Source of the DNA: Camelus dromedarius
Lineage: Eukaryota
Direction of reading: 5' to 3'
NCBI RefSeq assembly: GCF_036321535.1
Contig: NC_087436.1
Location: 70,806,001-70,870,000, forward strand
Length of the DNA stretch: 64,000 nucleotides
In this document: in pieces, positions 1 to 12,115 of the stretch
How positions within the stretch are numbered: the first letter of the stretch is position 1
Layout: the number at the start of each line of letters is the position of its first letter
Notes under the pieces: model-generated
Told to the model about the DNA's origin: nothing
Databases searched by the model: none
The model's input: only the letters and a program-made list of their open reading frames with translations
Made by a program: the position numbers and the translations under genes

Positions 1-700
1 TTTTAAGACCTTGTAAGTAAAGGACTGAAGTCAACTTCTTCAAAGCAAAGAGGAGGCCATTCCACCTGATGAAGAACTATATATTACCACAACATATATT
101 TCCAGAAGCTGGTTACCAGTGTATTACCAAGGGGCTCTATAGCCACCTACCAATGCACTGTATACTGGGGTTGTGGAAACACTCAGATCTTGTGAGGATT
201 ATTGGAATAAGGAGGCTGAGCCAGTGCTAATATCAGAGGCCTCAAAATGCTGTCATGGCACCCTTGTTAGAGCTGCTCAGTAGAAGGGCCAAGAAACAAA
301 TGAAGTCCTGGCTCACATCAACTCACAGTAGGCCCAGCCCACGACCTGTCTGTGGTCATTTCTTCAGTTCCTGAGTGCGTAATTGTGGTAGCTATCCTCG
401 GGAGATGCTAGAACCATTACTTTGGTTCCCGCCCCTGTGGAGTAAGAGCTAGCCTGTTAAGAAAGGCCCCGTGAGATTCTCTGAAATCGCCACCCACCTC
501 CCACTCCCACCCTACACTCTGGTTAAGGTAGTAAATCATGGTAGTGCCACAGGAGCCCATCCCAGGAAGAAATGCTGGAATCCTACAAAAGGCTAATCAG
601 ATGGAGGGGCAGTAGACTTCATCACATCAAAGTTGAATCCATCCACATCGTCTTTATGGCAAAACAGATGGATCGTGGCACATGCAGGTGACCTACGACG
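1..700 (+). mobile_element. Decayed ERVL (class III ERV) internal region, protease to RT N-terminus
   Basis: From 352 it translates VVISSVPECVIVVAILGRC*NHYFGS (ERVL-type VVISPVPECIIGIDILSSWQNPHIGS). 661-696 translates KTDGSWHMQVTY (ERVL RT KTDGSWRMTVDY). Stops and frameshifts are present. Confidence 0.8.
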
Positions 701-744
701 TGCAGCAGTGCTAGCCTGTGCTGGTCATTATTGTTGTTTTTATA

Positions 745-1200
745 ACAGTTATCCTGGAAGCTAAATGAAGAAACTGTTTCCAGGAAAAAGAAGTGAGCCT
801 CTACGTCACGTGTTGCAGATACGTCAATTGCAACGAGAACTGAAACTTGGCTTTTCGAGTTAACAGCATGAAGGTAATTGTCGACCTCAGCAAGAGTTAC
901 TTGGATAAAGCAGTGGTAGCAAAAGCCCAGTTGGGTAGAAGTCAAGGGACAACGAAGGAGAATAATGGGAAAAGAAACACAGGCGATTCTTCTGGGGAAT
1001 TTATAAGGAGGAGAAAAGCTAGAGCAGAAGTGAGGTCAAGAGAGGCTTAGATTTCCGTGGGAGAAATTGCAGCATTTTTATATAGATGGGAAATACACGG
1101 GAAAGATGACAAATTTAGGTGGGTCAGGGGAGAATTGCAGGAGCCATTTCCTTGAGTAGGTGAAAGTGTTGGAATCCAGTGCATAAGTGGAGGGATTCAA
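745..1200 (-). mobile_element. LINE-2 fragment (RT region)
   Basis: ORF 622..945(-) contains AEVDNYLHAVNSKSQVSVLVAIDVSATRDVEAHFFFLETVSSFSFQD, an eroded L2 RT motif (KVTNDL..AKS.GQFSVLILLDLSAAFDTVDH.LLLETLSSLGF). Confidence 0.8.
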
Positions 1201-1814
1201 TTTTTAAAAAATTGCTTTTGAATAGATGAGGCAGTGTGTGAATGAGGGAAATAAATAAAAAGTGCTCTCTTCGGATAACTGGTTAGGTTAGCAGCAGGTA
1301 ATTGTGGCTTCAGAGAGAACTGTGCTTAGGGAATTTTTTAAAAATTAGGATACCTCAAGTATCTTTTCATTCATAATGTTCAAGTTGTGAGAGTTGTAGA
1401 TGGAGTGCTCTAATTATGTCTGTTGCCAACTTTGACAACTGGCTTAGCTTTTTCCATTCACTAAATGCAAAATGTAGGTACTCTTACCCTTCAGATTATT
1501 TTTCACTTCTCTCTAAAGAATATTCTGAGGGAAACTGCTATGATATTCTTAAAGTTCAGATGAGATAAGAGACTAATATTATTCCACATATATCTGAGTG
1601 TTTGTTAACCATAACATAACGTAACCTCAAGTTATGTTTTCATACTCCCTTATTATTAGTTTTTAGACTATGTCTCCAATTTCCAAGAGCAAATCTCTGG
1701 GAAGTGGTAAGGGCCTTGGTAGTTTTGTGTAAGTTACAAGTATATGGGAAAAGAGGAAACCTTGGGAAGACTGAGAAACAGAGAGTTTTTCGGAGTGAAG
1801 AAACTCACAAGTCA

Positions 1815-1960
1815 CCTCGCTCAGCCCCTGAGCTTCCAGATGAGGTGAGTCAGAGAGATTAAGTGGTCCCCCCTAAATGACATGATTAAATAATGGCAGA
1901 GCCAGAGTGAGAGGCGAGGTGACCTCACTCCTAATCTGTGCTCTTTCTGCCGTACCTTCC
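1815..1960 (-). mobile_element. MIR SINE fragment
   Basis: cagatgag..tcagagagattaagtg...aatggcagagccaga resembles the reverse-complement MIR core. Confidence 0.65.
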
Positions 1961-3302
1961 AGATTGTCAAAGGGAAGAAAGCTAATGTGTCAAATTTAAG
2001 GATATAAATAATGAATTATTTTTCAGTATGATATATAGACATGGAGAGGGAGTTTATGTAAATGATCCAACCAATATTTCTTTTATATAGTCAAACATAA
2101 TTTTTATTTTTGAATAGAATAACTTGGAAAGACTTTTGGAAGAATACTATAAATTAGTTTTGTCAAAGAGTAAGTCAGGTTGAGAGATATTCTTCCTATT
2201 TTGAAAAAAGGAGACTGTTAGAGACTAAGAAGCCATATTGTTTGAAAGAGAGGAAGGAAGAAGAAATGCTCTTTGTCAGTGACTGTGAAGCAAGGACTTA
2301 CTTCTACCCTTTAACTTTTCCAACAGCTTTATGAATAGGCATTATCTCCAATGTATATGTGAGGTGACACGCTCACAGGGGCTAAGTAATAGTGCCAAGG
2401 TTACACATCCAGGAGGTGAGGAACTGGTATTCCACTGAAGAGAAATTTGTGAAAGAATGGAAAACATTACTGAGCTCACAGTTTCGTGCACATCTGGGTG
2501 TTCTATGTGACTTTGTTCAAATCGACCCTGCTGTGAATAATGGATCATGGTAAGAACAAAACGTTTTAGGCAGTCAATGAATAGCTGATTGATTGCTTGA
2601 CTGTGTCTGCTCTGTTTTCTTTCACCAGCTTCTCTGTGACTGTAAGAAAGTAAGTTAACCTCTCTCTGTCTTTATCTAATTTTTGAGATCAATTTCTTGT
2701 TCTAATATTTATGAGTCTATGTGCACATAAATCTCCTGAGAATTTAAAATTTTGTAAGATAGACACACTCTTCATACCATTGAATGATTTTGGTGAGTAT
2801 TCTGATTCTATTTCTATTGAGGAAATATTTGGACATTATACAAGCTAGTAATTTGCCAGATGCATTGCCTGATTCATGTGCTATTTAAAGAGACACTGAT
2901 ACATAATTTAGAAACAAAATAGAGGTGTATAGGGTTTTGTGAAAAAGGGAAGGAATGGTAATATATATAATTTTTAAAAATGATGTAATTTCCCCAAAGT
3001 GTCTATTACAAGAGCTGGTGCATGAGAATCCAAAGGTAAATTGGGTTAGAAATCAATATGAAACTGTTAGTGAAATATTTCTTTAAAATTCAGTGATATA
3101 TAAATATAAAAATGCCACATCTTTACTAGCATTTCAGCCAGTTTAGGATATAGTCAATCATAATATTAAAAACTATAGGAAAGGAAATTGAGAAGCCCTT
3201 CAACCTTGACGTCCCACTTTACACACCTATTTTAAGAACTCTTCCTGGGACAAATCATGAAAAATGGAAAATGTACCTTCATAGTTTTTTTCCTCCTTTT
3301 TC

Positions 3303-3460
3303 TTCAACATATATTTCTTTGAGCACCTATTATACGAGGCTGTGTGTTATTAGGTGCTCTGAAGGATTTTAAAAATGGAGAAGACATTACTATCCTCAAA
3401 TGACTTAGGGTTTAAGAGAGGAAATAAGACAAACATACATATAATTGTGATGCAAGGGGG
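3303..3460 (-). mobile_element. LINE-2 3' end
   Basis: ttcaacatatatttctttgagcacctattat...taggtgctctg matches an antisense L2 3' terminus. Confidence 0.65.
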
Positions 3461-3639
3461 AGGATTTAAAAAGTCTCAGAAGAGTGGTAAAACATCTGAC
3501 TCCAATTTTGGTTGCAATGACATTCAAATTATAGATGTTAAGTCACCCAACCATGAACATGGAGTATATACTCCACAAAGTTCTTGGGTCCGTTTTAAGG
3601 TTAATTCCAGTTCACATTGCTGTGTTGAATGGATCTCCA

Positions 3640-4450
3640 TTTTGTAGGTGGTATTGCTGATGGAGAGAGAAGCTTTTAATTTTTCCAGTTGATTTTTATA
3701 AAATTTGCTGATTTATTTAAATCACTCTAATAGATGGTTTTTTAATGTTGGTATAGAATTTTAGTGGTCAGGCCTTATGAAATTAAGGAAATTCCAAGAT
3801 TTCTAATTCTAGACTCAGAAATGTTTTACTTTGTTTTAGTTTTTAAGTAATAAATATTCAAATATTTCCAGTATCATTGGAGAAATCACATGATTATTCA
3901 GTTTGCATTCATTAATTTGGTGAATTATGATTAGTAGACTTTTCTGTTACTCAATCATTTTTTTCAATCCTGGGTTAAACTTTACTTGATTGTTATTTTA
4001 AAATACATTGTTGAAGTTGATAGGCTAATATGTTATTTAGGACTTTGGCATCTATATGAGTAAGTGAAATGGTCCTATAATTTACTTTTCTTGTGCAGTC
4101 CAAGACAAATTTTGAATCAAGAGATTTTAGCATCCTAAAATCTCTTAGGCAACTTCCACTCCAACCATCTATAATACTGTTACCTGTTCACTGAGAATTT
4201 TGTAAACTTTACCTGAAATCCTCTTGGTCTGAGATTAACTGCATTGTTACTTATCCATTTGAGAAATCTATATTTTCTTGCATAAATATTGGCATTTTAT
4301 GTTCTGGTGGGGAACATAAACTTTGTCCATTTAATCTAGACTTTCCATCTTTTAACATAGAATTGTTCACATCATCTATTTATTATTTTAAAAACCTCTG
4401 TGTGTATATACTTATTTGCCTCTGTTCACTATTTTGGTATTTGCATCTTT
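3640..4450 (-). mobile_element. Old L1 (L1M) ORF2 fragments
   Basis: T-rich antisense L1 phrases such as gctaatatgttatttaggactttggcatctatatg and gagaagcttttaattttt. Confidence 0.65.
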
Positions 4451-4641
4451 TTATTCAGAAAAGAGAAAAATACAGTGGCTTGAAGAGACTAACAGAGGCT
4501 TCATGGATCAGTTATCTTGTGGGGAAGAGATTGTACGAATAAGACAATAGAAGTAGAGAGAAGCATGTGAGCAGTTACCTGAGTGAGAATGAAACTTTTT
4601 TTTTTTGAATGGAAGAAGTGGATAGAAAATTATTCAATTTT

Positions 4642-4740
4642 GGGGGTGGGTATAGCTCAGTGTTAGAGCACATGCTTAGCATGCATGAGGTCCTGGGTTC
4701 AATCCCCAGTACCTCCATTTAAAAAAAAAAAGAGAAAGTA
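4642..4740 (+). mobile_element. tRNA-Ala-derived SINE (camelid Vic-1-like, short form)
   Basis: gggtatagctcagtgttagagcacatgcttagcatgcatgaggtcctgggttcaatccccagtacctcca followed by an A-rich tail. 16-bp TSD aaaattattca(a/g)tttt at 4626-4641 and 4741-4756. Confidence 0.93.
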
Positions 4741-5059
4741 AAAATTATTCAGTTTTCCTGGAGCATAGAATACAAATTATAAGGAAAAGGCCTGGATGAA
4801 AATGCTGTAAATATAGGTTTGGCTTTTGAGCTAGAGCGAAAAACTAACCTAGGACTTTAAGAGGTAATGACCAATGGAAGTATTATGAGAAAGAAAGTCA
4901 CATGATTTACCTGGCATGGACTGCGGAACTAAACAGGGAACAACAAAAGAAGGATATTATTCATGCATGGTTATGAGCTATTTTAATTCAATAATTAAGA
5001 ATTTTATTCCTTCTCTGCCAATTACTGTCAATTTTTTTTGAAAGTTTAGACTGAACTTA

Positions 5060-6400
5060 TTGCCTTCACTTAAATAGCACTTATTGTTTCTTTAAGTTCT
5101 TGCTATCTGGCTTTGCACCAACTGTTCAACTACTGAAAAGCATCATGGATCTGCTGTTGCCAAGTCAAATAACATGTTTGTATTTTTCATCCTATTGGAA
5201 ATTCTGTTAGTCTTTCCCTCTGTGACATTAAGGGAACTTCCTCTTAACATGGCTCCTCGGAGACTTGGCTATTTTTTACTTTCCTTCTGTCTTTTGATGG
5301 CTCCAGCTTCCTCCTTGTTCTCCTCTTCACTCCTTCATGTTCATATTTACCAAGATTTTACATTAGAGTTGGGTAAAAGATTCTAGGCAATTGTATTTCT
5401 TCTTATGGCTTCAGTCATAACTTCTGCTGTGATAACTCTCAAATCCAGGCTGCGAACTTACTGAAAGCATGGTCTGTTTCTCCTTCACCATTGTAGGCCC
5501 ACTGCCTAGCATTCATTTAGTAAGAATGTCCCAAGGGCCTGGAATAAACCAGGAATCTGCTAGATGCCAGACCTACAATGGTGACAAAATGGGCATGACC
5601 CCTGTTTCTTGAATGGATGAGTGAGTAACTGTCTTCAGCCTGAGTCTCACTGTTAAGCTCCACACCTGTCAGGTGTCTTCATCTGGATGTTCTTGCTGAG
5701 GTATCAAGAAAAATATATCTAAAACTAGCTAATCATCTTCTTGAAACCTTTTCTTCTTCCTGAGTCTTTGATTTCTGATCATTTTACTGCTATTTTCCAA
5801 GTCTATTCAATTAAAAAAAATCCCATGTATCTTTGATGCTTTTCTCTTTTGACTCTCTGCAGCCAACCAGTTGCCAATTTCTTACTGATATTTTTCTGGA
5901 TCAAGCAATTGTCACACCTTCACAAACATTCCAAGCATTTACTAATGGTTCTCCCTGTGTTCAGTCTCTTTTCTCCAGAAAGTCTCATACGTGTATCACT
6001 GCCAAATTGGTAGTTTCAAAGCCCATATTATTCCATGGCCCAAAGACAATGCTATTCCACTGCGTAAAAGCCATGACTGACTATTCACTGCCAAGTCAAG
6101 TCTATGAGTTTTCTCCTTCCACTGCCCTACAGGTTCTCTGTGTGCTAGCCATATAATATTTAAATATGTTCACACAATCCCAATCCTAGGCTTTTGCTTT
6201 TGTTCTTTCATCCCCTTGAGAGATCTAGGTACCTCTGTCTCTACAAGTTCAAATGCCTTCTTTATTCAAGGATTATCTTAAATGAAACTTCTTTCATAAA
6301 ACTTTTCTCTTTTATCTTTTTTTATCTCCACTGAATTACGTTGGCCTTTATTGACATGTCCCCTTTATGTCATCTAACACTTTATAAATTGAATTCCAGT
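5060..6400 (+). mobile_element. LINE-2, fragmented RT to 3' region
   Basis: atctggcttt..cca...gttgccaagtcaaat...catcct (RT region), followed by pyrimidine-rich L2 3' phrases (catctggatgt, ctaatggttctccctg, gttcaaatgcc). Confidence 0.7.
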
Positions 6401-6416
6401 AGGATTTGTATGTATC

Positions 6417-6815
6417 TATGATAGTTTGAATTATTGCCCAGCAAATATTCACCACCCTCTCTTTCTCCCTCTGGATGAAGTATATTTCTCTGCCCCATCA
6501 GTTTAGGGTGTGGCCACATCACTTGTTTTAGCCAAGCAATGCTAGTGGACCTGACATGCAGTGGCCATAAAGGTGTTTGTGCGGTTTGGCTTTGATCTTG
6601 AGCTTCTGACTTTGCTGTGAGATCATATCCTGGGGAAGACACAGCAAGCAGACTTGAGGGCAACTTTTAGCCTAAAGCCAAGTGCAGTTGAACCTAAGGC
6701 AGAGTCACTCAGCTGAACCTACAGTAGATCATTACAGACCTCTGAATGTGAGAAAAAATGCTTATTGTTGTATGCTAATAAGATTTTGGGGGGGTGTTTG
6801 TTATGAGGCAAAAGT
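6417..6815 (+). mobile_element. MaLR solo LTR (MLT1H/I-like)
   Basis: Contains tggccacatcacttgttttagccaa and ends with aaatgcttattgttgtatgc...gtttgttatgaggca, a typical MLT1 3' end. Confidence 0.75.
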
Positions 6816-6844
6816 TTAATTATTAATTATCTACTATCCTATGC

Positions 6845-8180
6845 CATTCAATACATATGAATTGACAGCCTACTATGTCCCAAGTACTAGGCTAGTTGCT
6901 AGAACTACAATAATTAGTGAAGCATGATTTCTGTCCTATCTAGTTGAGAAGATAGTAATAAAATTCATACTTCTGGGGGAAAAACATACTTCTTGGAATA
7001 TGCAAGAAGTAGACCTCATCTATCCTTAGGCATCAAAGAAGATTTTCTGGGGCAGTGATTGAATCAGATTTGAATGAAAATAGGGGGTTGATGAAGTGAA
7101 AATCATGATGAAACAGAGGAGTGATGGACTGGGGTTTGGGATCTAGGGGAGGTGGGCTGAGGTAGGGAAAATGCTCTGTGTTTCAGACAGAAGGAGTAGT
7201 CTCTGTAGCAACCCTATGGTGAATAGGCATGTAGCACATTCCAGGACCTCTGAGAAGGCCACTGTGACTGGAGCCCATAGGGTAAGGTGCTGTAGACACA
7301 GGATAATGCAAGGGCTTTCTAAAGATTTTGTTTTTTTCCTACAAGTTTTTAGAAGCCACTGAGAGCTTTTTATGCGGTGACATAATCTGATTAGTATTTT
7401 GAAAAGAATACTCTGGTGTCTGGATGGAGAGCAGATTGGTGGTGGTTCTGGATTGGAGTGGAGAGACCAGTGAGACAAGTGTCGCACCTGACCAGGCTAG
7501 AGATGATGGTAGTTGCGCTAGTGGAGGATGTGGAGATAGAAGAAAGCAGATGACCTCAAAGTATCTGTAGGAAGTGAATGTAGTAGAAAAACACAATGGT
7601 TGTATGCAGGGTCTGAGGGAGAAGGAGAGGTCAAGAAGGCTTCTTGGGCTTATGATTTGCTTAGCTAAGTGAAAGTTGGTTCCTCTTCTGGAAAGTAAGA
7701 ATGAGTCTGTGGAGGAGGATTATGCTATTCATGAAGCATCAGTGAGGCACTACAGTTGACACTAAAATTGGGAAGTTGAGTAGACAGCCTGGAACCCACC
7801 TGCCAACCCCACTCCAAGACAACCACTTTCCTGAACTTTGTGTTCATCAATCCCTGAGAATAGACATATTATTATCTTTAAAGTAGAGATGGGGCAGAAT
7901 AGTTTGGAAGTGGCACTGGGGAGTAGAGACCTTAATCCCAACTGCTGACACTGAGGCTGTTGGGAACATGGAGCCCTAATGGGAGAATCACGAGTGAAGA
8001 CAACGTGGAAGACATACTGAGAAATTGAGGTGGAGGGCAGAGGAAGATTTACTGACTGTAGAGCAGTAGTTCCAGAAAACAGAGATTCTCTCATACCAGG
8101 ATTTTAGTCAGGGAGGAGATAATTAGACTATTGTAAATATAAATTAGGGAGAAAATCACCAAGGTCACAGTCAGACACAT
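6845..8180 (-). mobile_element. LINE-2 (3' end and upstream, fragmented)
   Basis: Begins cattcaatacatat..gcctactatgtcccaagtactaggctag, then purine-rich antisense L2 body (gaaggccactgtgactggagc, agccactgagagcttttt). Confidence 0.8.
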
Positions 8181-8906
8181 TCTTTTCATCTGTTTTACCA
8201 CAAGACTTCATTAGAGAATTTTGTTTGTTTGTTTGTTTGGACAAAGTTTGACCACAGCTTTCAACGTCCTTGGAAAGAATAGGCAGTATATCGTCAACTT
8301 GGCTTTTATGACAATAACAAAAGATTAAGAGTATTTTATATTCCCTGAATCTGAATTTCCAGATATATAATTATGGTCTGGTTATTTAAAATAGAAACCT
8401 GAGCGAGATTTGGGAGAAAATTTAGTTCACATTAAAAAAACTTCTCTCCTGTACAGGCAGCCAATACTCACCTAACATTTTCAGAAAACTGTTGAGGACA
8501 GTTGGTAGGACCCATATTTCTGTCTGGCCATATTTTGTGGGACCCAAACCTGATGATTGCCACGTCGAGTTCTCGGGACATGAGATGAGACAAACAAGAA
8601 GACAGTAGCAGTCCCTGGGAGAGAAAGGATTGACTACCAGTGGGTACCTGGCAGTAAATTCATGAGTCACAATTCAAAGATTTAATTCTTACAAACGTTT
8701 TTTGCCTGCCAATCTGAATTTGGAAAGGAAAGGACAATGTGAAATTGTACTCTCTTCTCTCAGTCAGGTACCACAGATCTGGGAGTGTTGACTTTGGTAA
8801 GAAGTTTCACCCTTTGCTGGCTTCTGCCAGTTTTCGCAGGATCTTGTCTGTAGGCTCTGGACTGAGTGACTGGTCCCAGCAGTTCTCAAACTGGTCACCA
8901 GAAACC

Positions 8907-9390
8907 GTAGGTGGGGGGAAATAATTTTCCCTCTACCCTTAACAGTGAGTGCTTGGCTGAGACCCCCTTTTCTCTAAGATACCTCATAAATGAATAAACT
9001 TTCTAGGTTAGGATTTCTCCACTATGGCCACCATAATTCAATATTATCTTTGCTAAGGTTAACCTGCTTGTTCAGCCTTCAAACAAAATTTTCTTCATCT
9101 GAGGCATCACACAAGATGCAGTTTAGCTTAAGGTGGACTTAGTCCAATCCTGGATTCAGTTTGATTTCCAAGTTGGATCCAGTCCAATTCTGGACCCAGT
9201 CTGGTTTTTAAGTCAGACCCAGTCTGACTCCAACTGGTTTCTGGACCTAGTCCAGAAAAAGAAATGCTCAAAATCTGAAAGTTCATAATGTGAAAGCTGC
9301 AGAGCTAGGATCCTAGAGGGACTTACCCACCATCTAGGCGTGCTGAGCAAGCAGCAAGCTTAAGGGGCTCAGCAGGCACCCGGGTAATTA
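8907..9390 (-). mobile_element. ERV1-class remnant: LTR terminus plus 5' leader
   Basis: gtagg..aaataattttccctctaccctt..cttggctgagacccct resembles an antisense ERV1 LTR end. Repeated tggacccagtc units and aatgctcaaa...gacttacccac resemble MER4-group internal leaders. Confidence 0.55.
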
Positions 9391-10439
9391 AGTTAATATT
9401 CAGGTTGGTGATGTGGGGCTTAGGAGAGATGACTTCACTTTGGCTCTATGGTCTTGCTTTTAGCAATGGTTCCTCTTTTTGTGTGTGTGGCTTGTTGGTG
9501 AAGTCTGCATACGGTTAAGAGGTAACTATGTCCTTTCTCACTTCTGGGTGCAGCTCCACCACTTAGACTTGGGCAAGAAGGTCTCTGCTGTGAATCCTGC
9601 ACTTTAGAAGACACCACTCTGGTCCTCCTCCAGCTGTGCTCCTCCTCTGAGGTTTCGGAGTTTGTAGGGTCAAGAGGATGGGCTGATCTGAAACCCTTGC
9701 CACCCCTCCTTCCCCCTTGCATTTAAATTACGTTCTGGATACTTTGGTCTCTGGAATGCCCCATCCAGACACACCTAAGCCCACTTCAGGGGCCTGACTG
9801 TGATTTTTTTATGAGGAAGACCACGTTGCTGCCCCTGGGGATTTGAATGGGAGGTTGGGCTGGGAAGTGGGGAGGGGGTTTCAGGCTGGGGACTAGAGCT
9901 AGGGCTGGAGGTTGAACTTCCCCACCAGCTTCAGGTACAAAACTCCAAGAAGTCTACTCATTCTAAATTTAAACCTGCCTTTCCAGCTTGAGTTTCCTTT
10001 GAGGAAACCAAAAAGCTGATAGCAACCGGGGAAAAGGGCTGGGACCCTGGGGAGAAATACCTAGCCTAAATTGGATGGAGTCATGGGAAACTGCTGGCGT
10101 GTGGTAGGAGGGCCCCTGTGCAGGGACAGAGCTTTATCTTTATCATTTCCTGTGATCTTCTTTTCTGTTTTTACTAAAACAAACAAACAAAGTAGTTGAT
10201 TCATCTAATTTTTTTTTTCTATTAGGCACTAAAACGACACAAATAAAAGATTTTTGATCATTTTTTGTAGCAACTAATTTATCTTTAAGGCCATTTTTAA
10301 CTACCTTTGATCAAAGAGCTCATCATATTTCATGAACTCCTTTTGATGTTCCAGCAGTACACTATAATTTTTAAAATGTTTCACAGTCAAATAAGTTTGG
10401 CTAACATGGATATACCACATCTTTCAAACATCTGAGACT

Positions 10440-11330
10440 GACCACATCAAGCCCACATCCCTGTTCAAGACTTCCAGATAACTTATCTTTCTATGAGCAG
10501 TTAACTCCAAACTCTCTTAACCTGTTCCATCAAGCTGCCCACCTGACCTTCCAGAACTTTCCATTGTGGCCTCCAGAACTCATAGCCTATCACTAGCAAA
10601 CTGCCTTACATCTTCAGTCTCCTATATGAACATTCCTTTCATCTTTTTACTCCAACTGAAAACTGCTCTGAGATTAGCACTTTCCCTGTAATTTTCCTGC
10701 CCATGCACTGAGTACCTCAGAACCTGGAGTCGGGGCAGTTATCCTTGGTGATATCTTGTTCCTCACTATTTCTTGGATTCTTCCCTTCCACTTTGTTCAC
10801 ACAACTACCCTAGTTTGAACTCATTAAACATCTCTGGATCCTGCAGTAACCCCCTAACTGCATTTCCTGTTCCCAGTGTGGCCTCCCTGCAATCTGCCCG
10901 CACTGCTGTGATATTGATCTCTTTAATCATGCCATTTCCTTGCTTAAAATCCTTCAATAGCTCCCCACAGCTTTCAAGGAGAAAGTTCAATCTCTTTCAT
11001 TTAGTATTGAAGGCTTTTGTGACCCCATTTCTTTCTATATTTCCAGCTTTATGGTCCACCACTCCCTTACATTCACCTTTGGCTCCAGCTGTACTGAGCA
11101 GTTTGTCTGTAGTCCTCTGCGGGTTCCCAGGGAACCAGACAACTTTCCAGGCCCAGGCTGACTTAGATGCACTAAACTTGGGCCCCTAACACACTGTACA
11201 TCTCCATCTATCCATCACAGAACTTCTTGCACTGTGCCATGGTCTGATTTGCAGCTTCCTGAGGGAAAACACCATGTCTCAGGAGGTTAAGTCCTTAGTA
11301 CCTGGTAGCTGTTTGTAAAATAAATGACTA
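10440..11330 (+). mobile_element. LINE-2 with endonuclease N-terminus joined to 3' region
   Basis: From about 10566 it translates CGLQNS*PITSKLPYIFSLLYEHSFHLFTPTEN (L2 APE start, like CALWNS.SIISK.PYILNLFSE.SLHLLALTETW). From about 10810 it is the L2 3' region (ctggat..tgcagtaaccccctaactg, cttgcttaaaatccttcaatagctcccca). Confidence 0.75.
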
Positions 11331-11857
11331 AAGGAAGCGGTATCCAAAGCTGTTCTACCAGTAGTATTAATGGATCAAAATTTTGAGTTGTTTTTTCCTT
11401 TCGGAAGTGGAGCTGGTTTATGTTGACTAGTTTATTTTCTTTCTATAGGTTTTCACGAGGTTGTTATATGTGCATCTTGGGTGGTGTTGGTGATGGGGTG
11501 AGCGTGTGCCTGTGTGTGTTTGTGGGTGGGAAGGTGCAGGAAAAATGGCTTTCCTAAAGATGTCCTCAAAAATCCAGCTCTCAGAAACAGTGAGGAATAA
11601 ATTTTTAAGACTGCCTGTCTCAGAATGCCCTTATAGGCTGGAGCTAAAGTCTTTTAGGGCGCGTCACCCTGGTTTCTCTGTGCACATTTTTTGGCCCTCT
11701 ATCAAATTAACATGGGGTTCTCATTAACATCAAAGTCTAATCAACCAAATTCACTGTTCACAGAAATAACCCTTAGAGATTTGACGTAAACCAAGTAGTT
11801 AATGAGGATAATGTGCCTGAAAATCAGACTTGCTGAAAAATTAGGCAGTGAAGGTGT

Positions 11858-12115
11858 CTCTCATGTCCTTCCTTCAGCCTGGAATATCCTCTCTTTGCTT
11901 TTCTGCTTGGCCAAATCTGATTTGTTCTTTAGGACTTCCCTGGGCTGCTGGGCTGATGTCAGCATGTTTCCCCTGCACCCTGTGATACTTAACAGCAGTG
12001 ACTGAACTAGACGTTATTTAAGAACAGGGACTCTGTGTGTGTGTGTGTGTGTGTGTACACATACCCCCAGTTCTTTGTATTGTGTCTAAAGCATAGTAAA
12101 AACCAATTAATATAG
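11858..12115 (+). mobile_element. LINE-2 3' fragment
   Basis: ccttcagcctggaatatcctc...ctagac...aacagggactctgt...gcatagta. Confidence 0.6.
12034..12056. repeat. (TG)11 microsatellite
   Basis: Read directly from the sequence. Confidence 0.95.

Noticed and set aside
4642..4717. Apparent tRNA-Ala(AGC) gene
   Set aside because: It has an A-rich tail, a 16-bp TSD, extra 5' G residues and a mutated D-loop GG. It is a retroposed SINE, as are the two minus-strand copies.
9130..9256. Spaced tggacccagtc-like units suggesting a CRISPR-like array
   Set aside because: The units are short, degenerate and irregularly spaced. They fit the repetitive leader of an ERV1 internal region, and there are no cas genes.
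10773..11189. 138-aa ORF
   Set aside because: It has a non-ATG start and a Ser/Leu/Pro-rich translation of the pyrimidine-rich L2 3' region.
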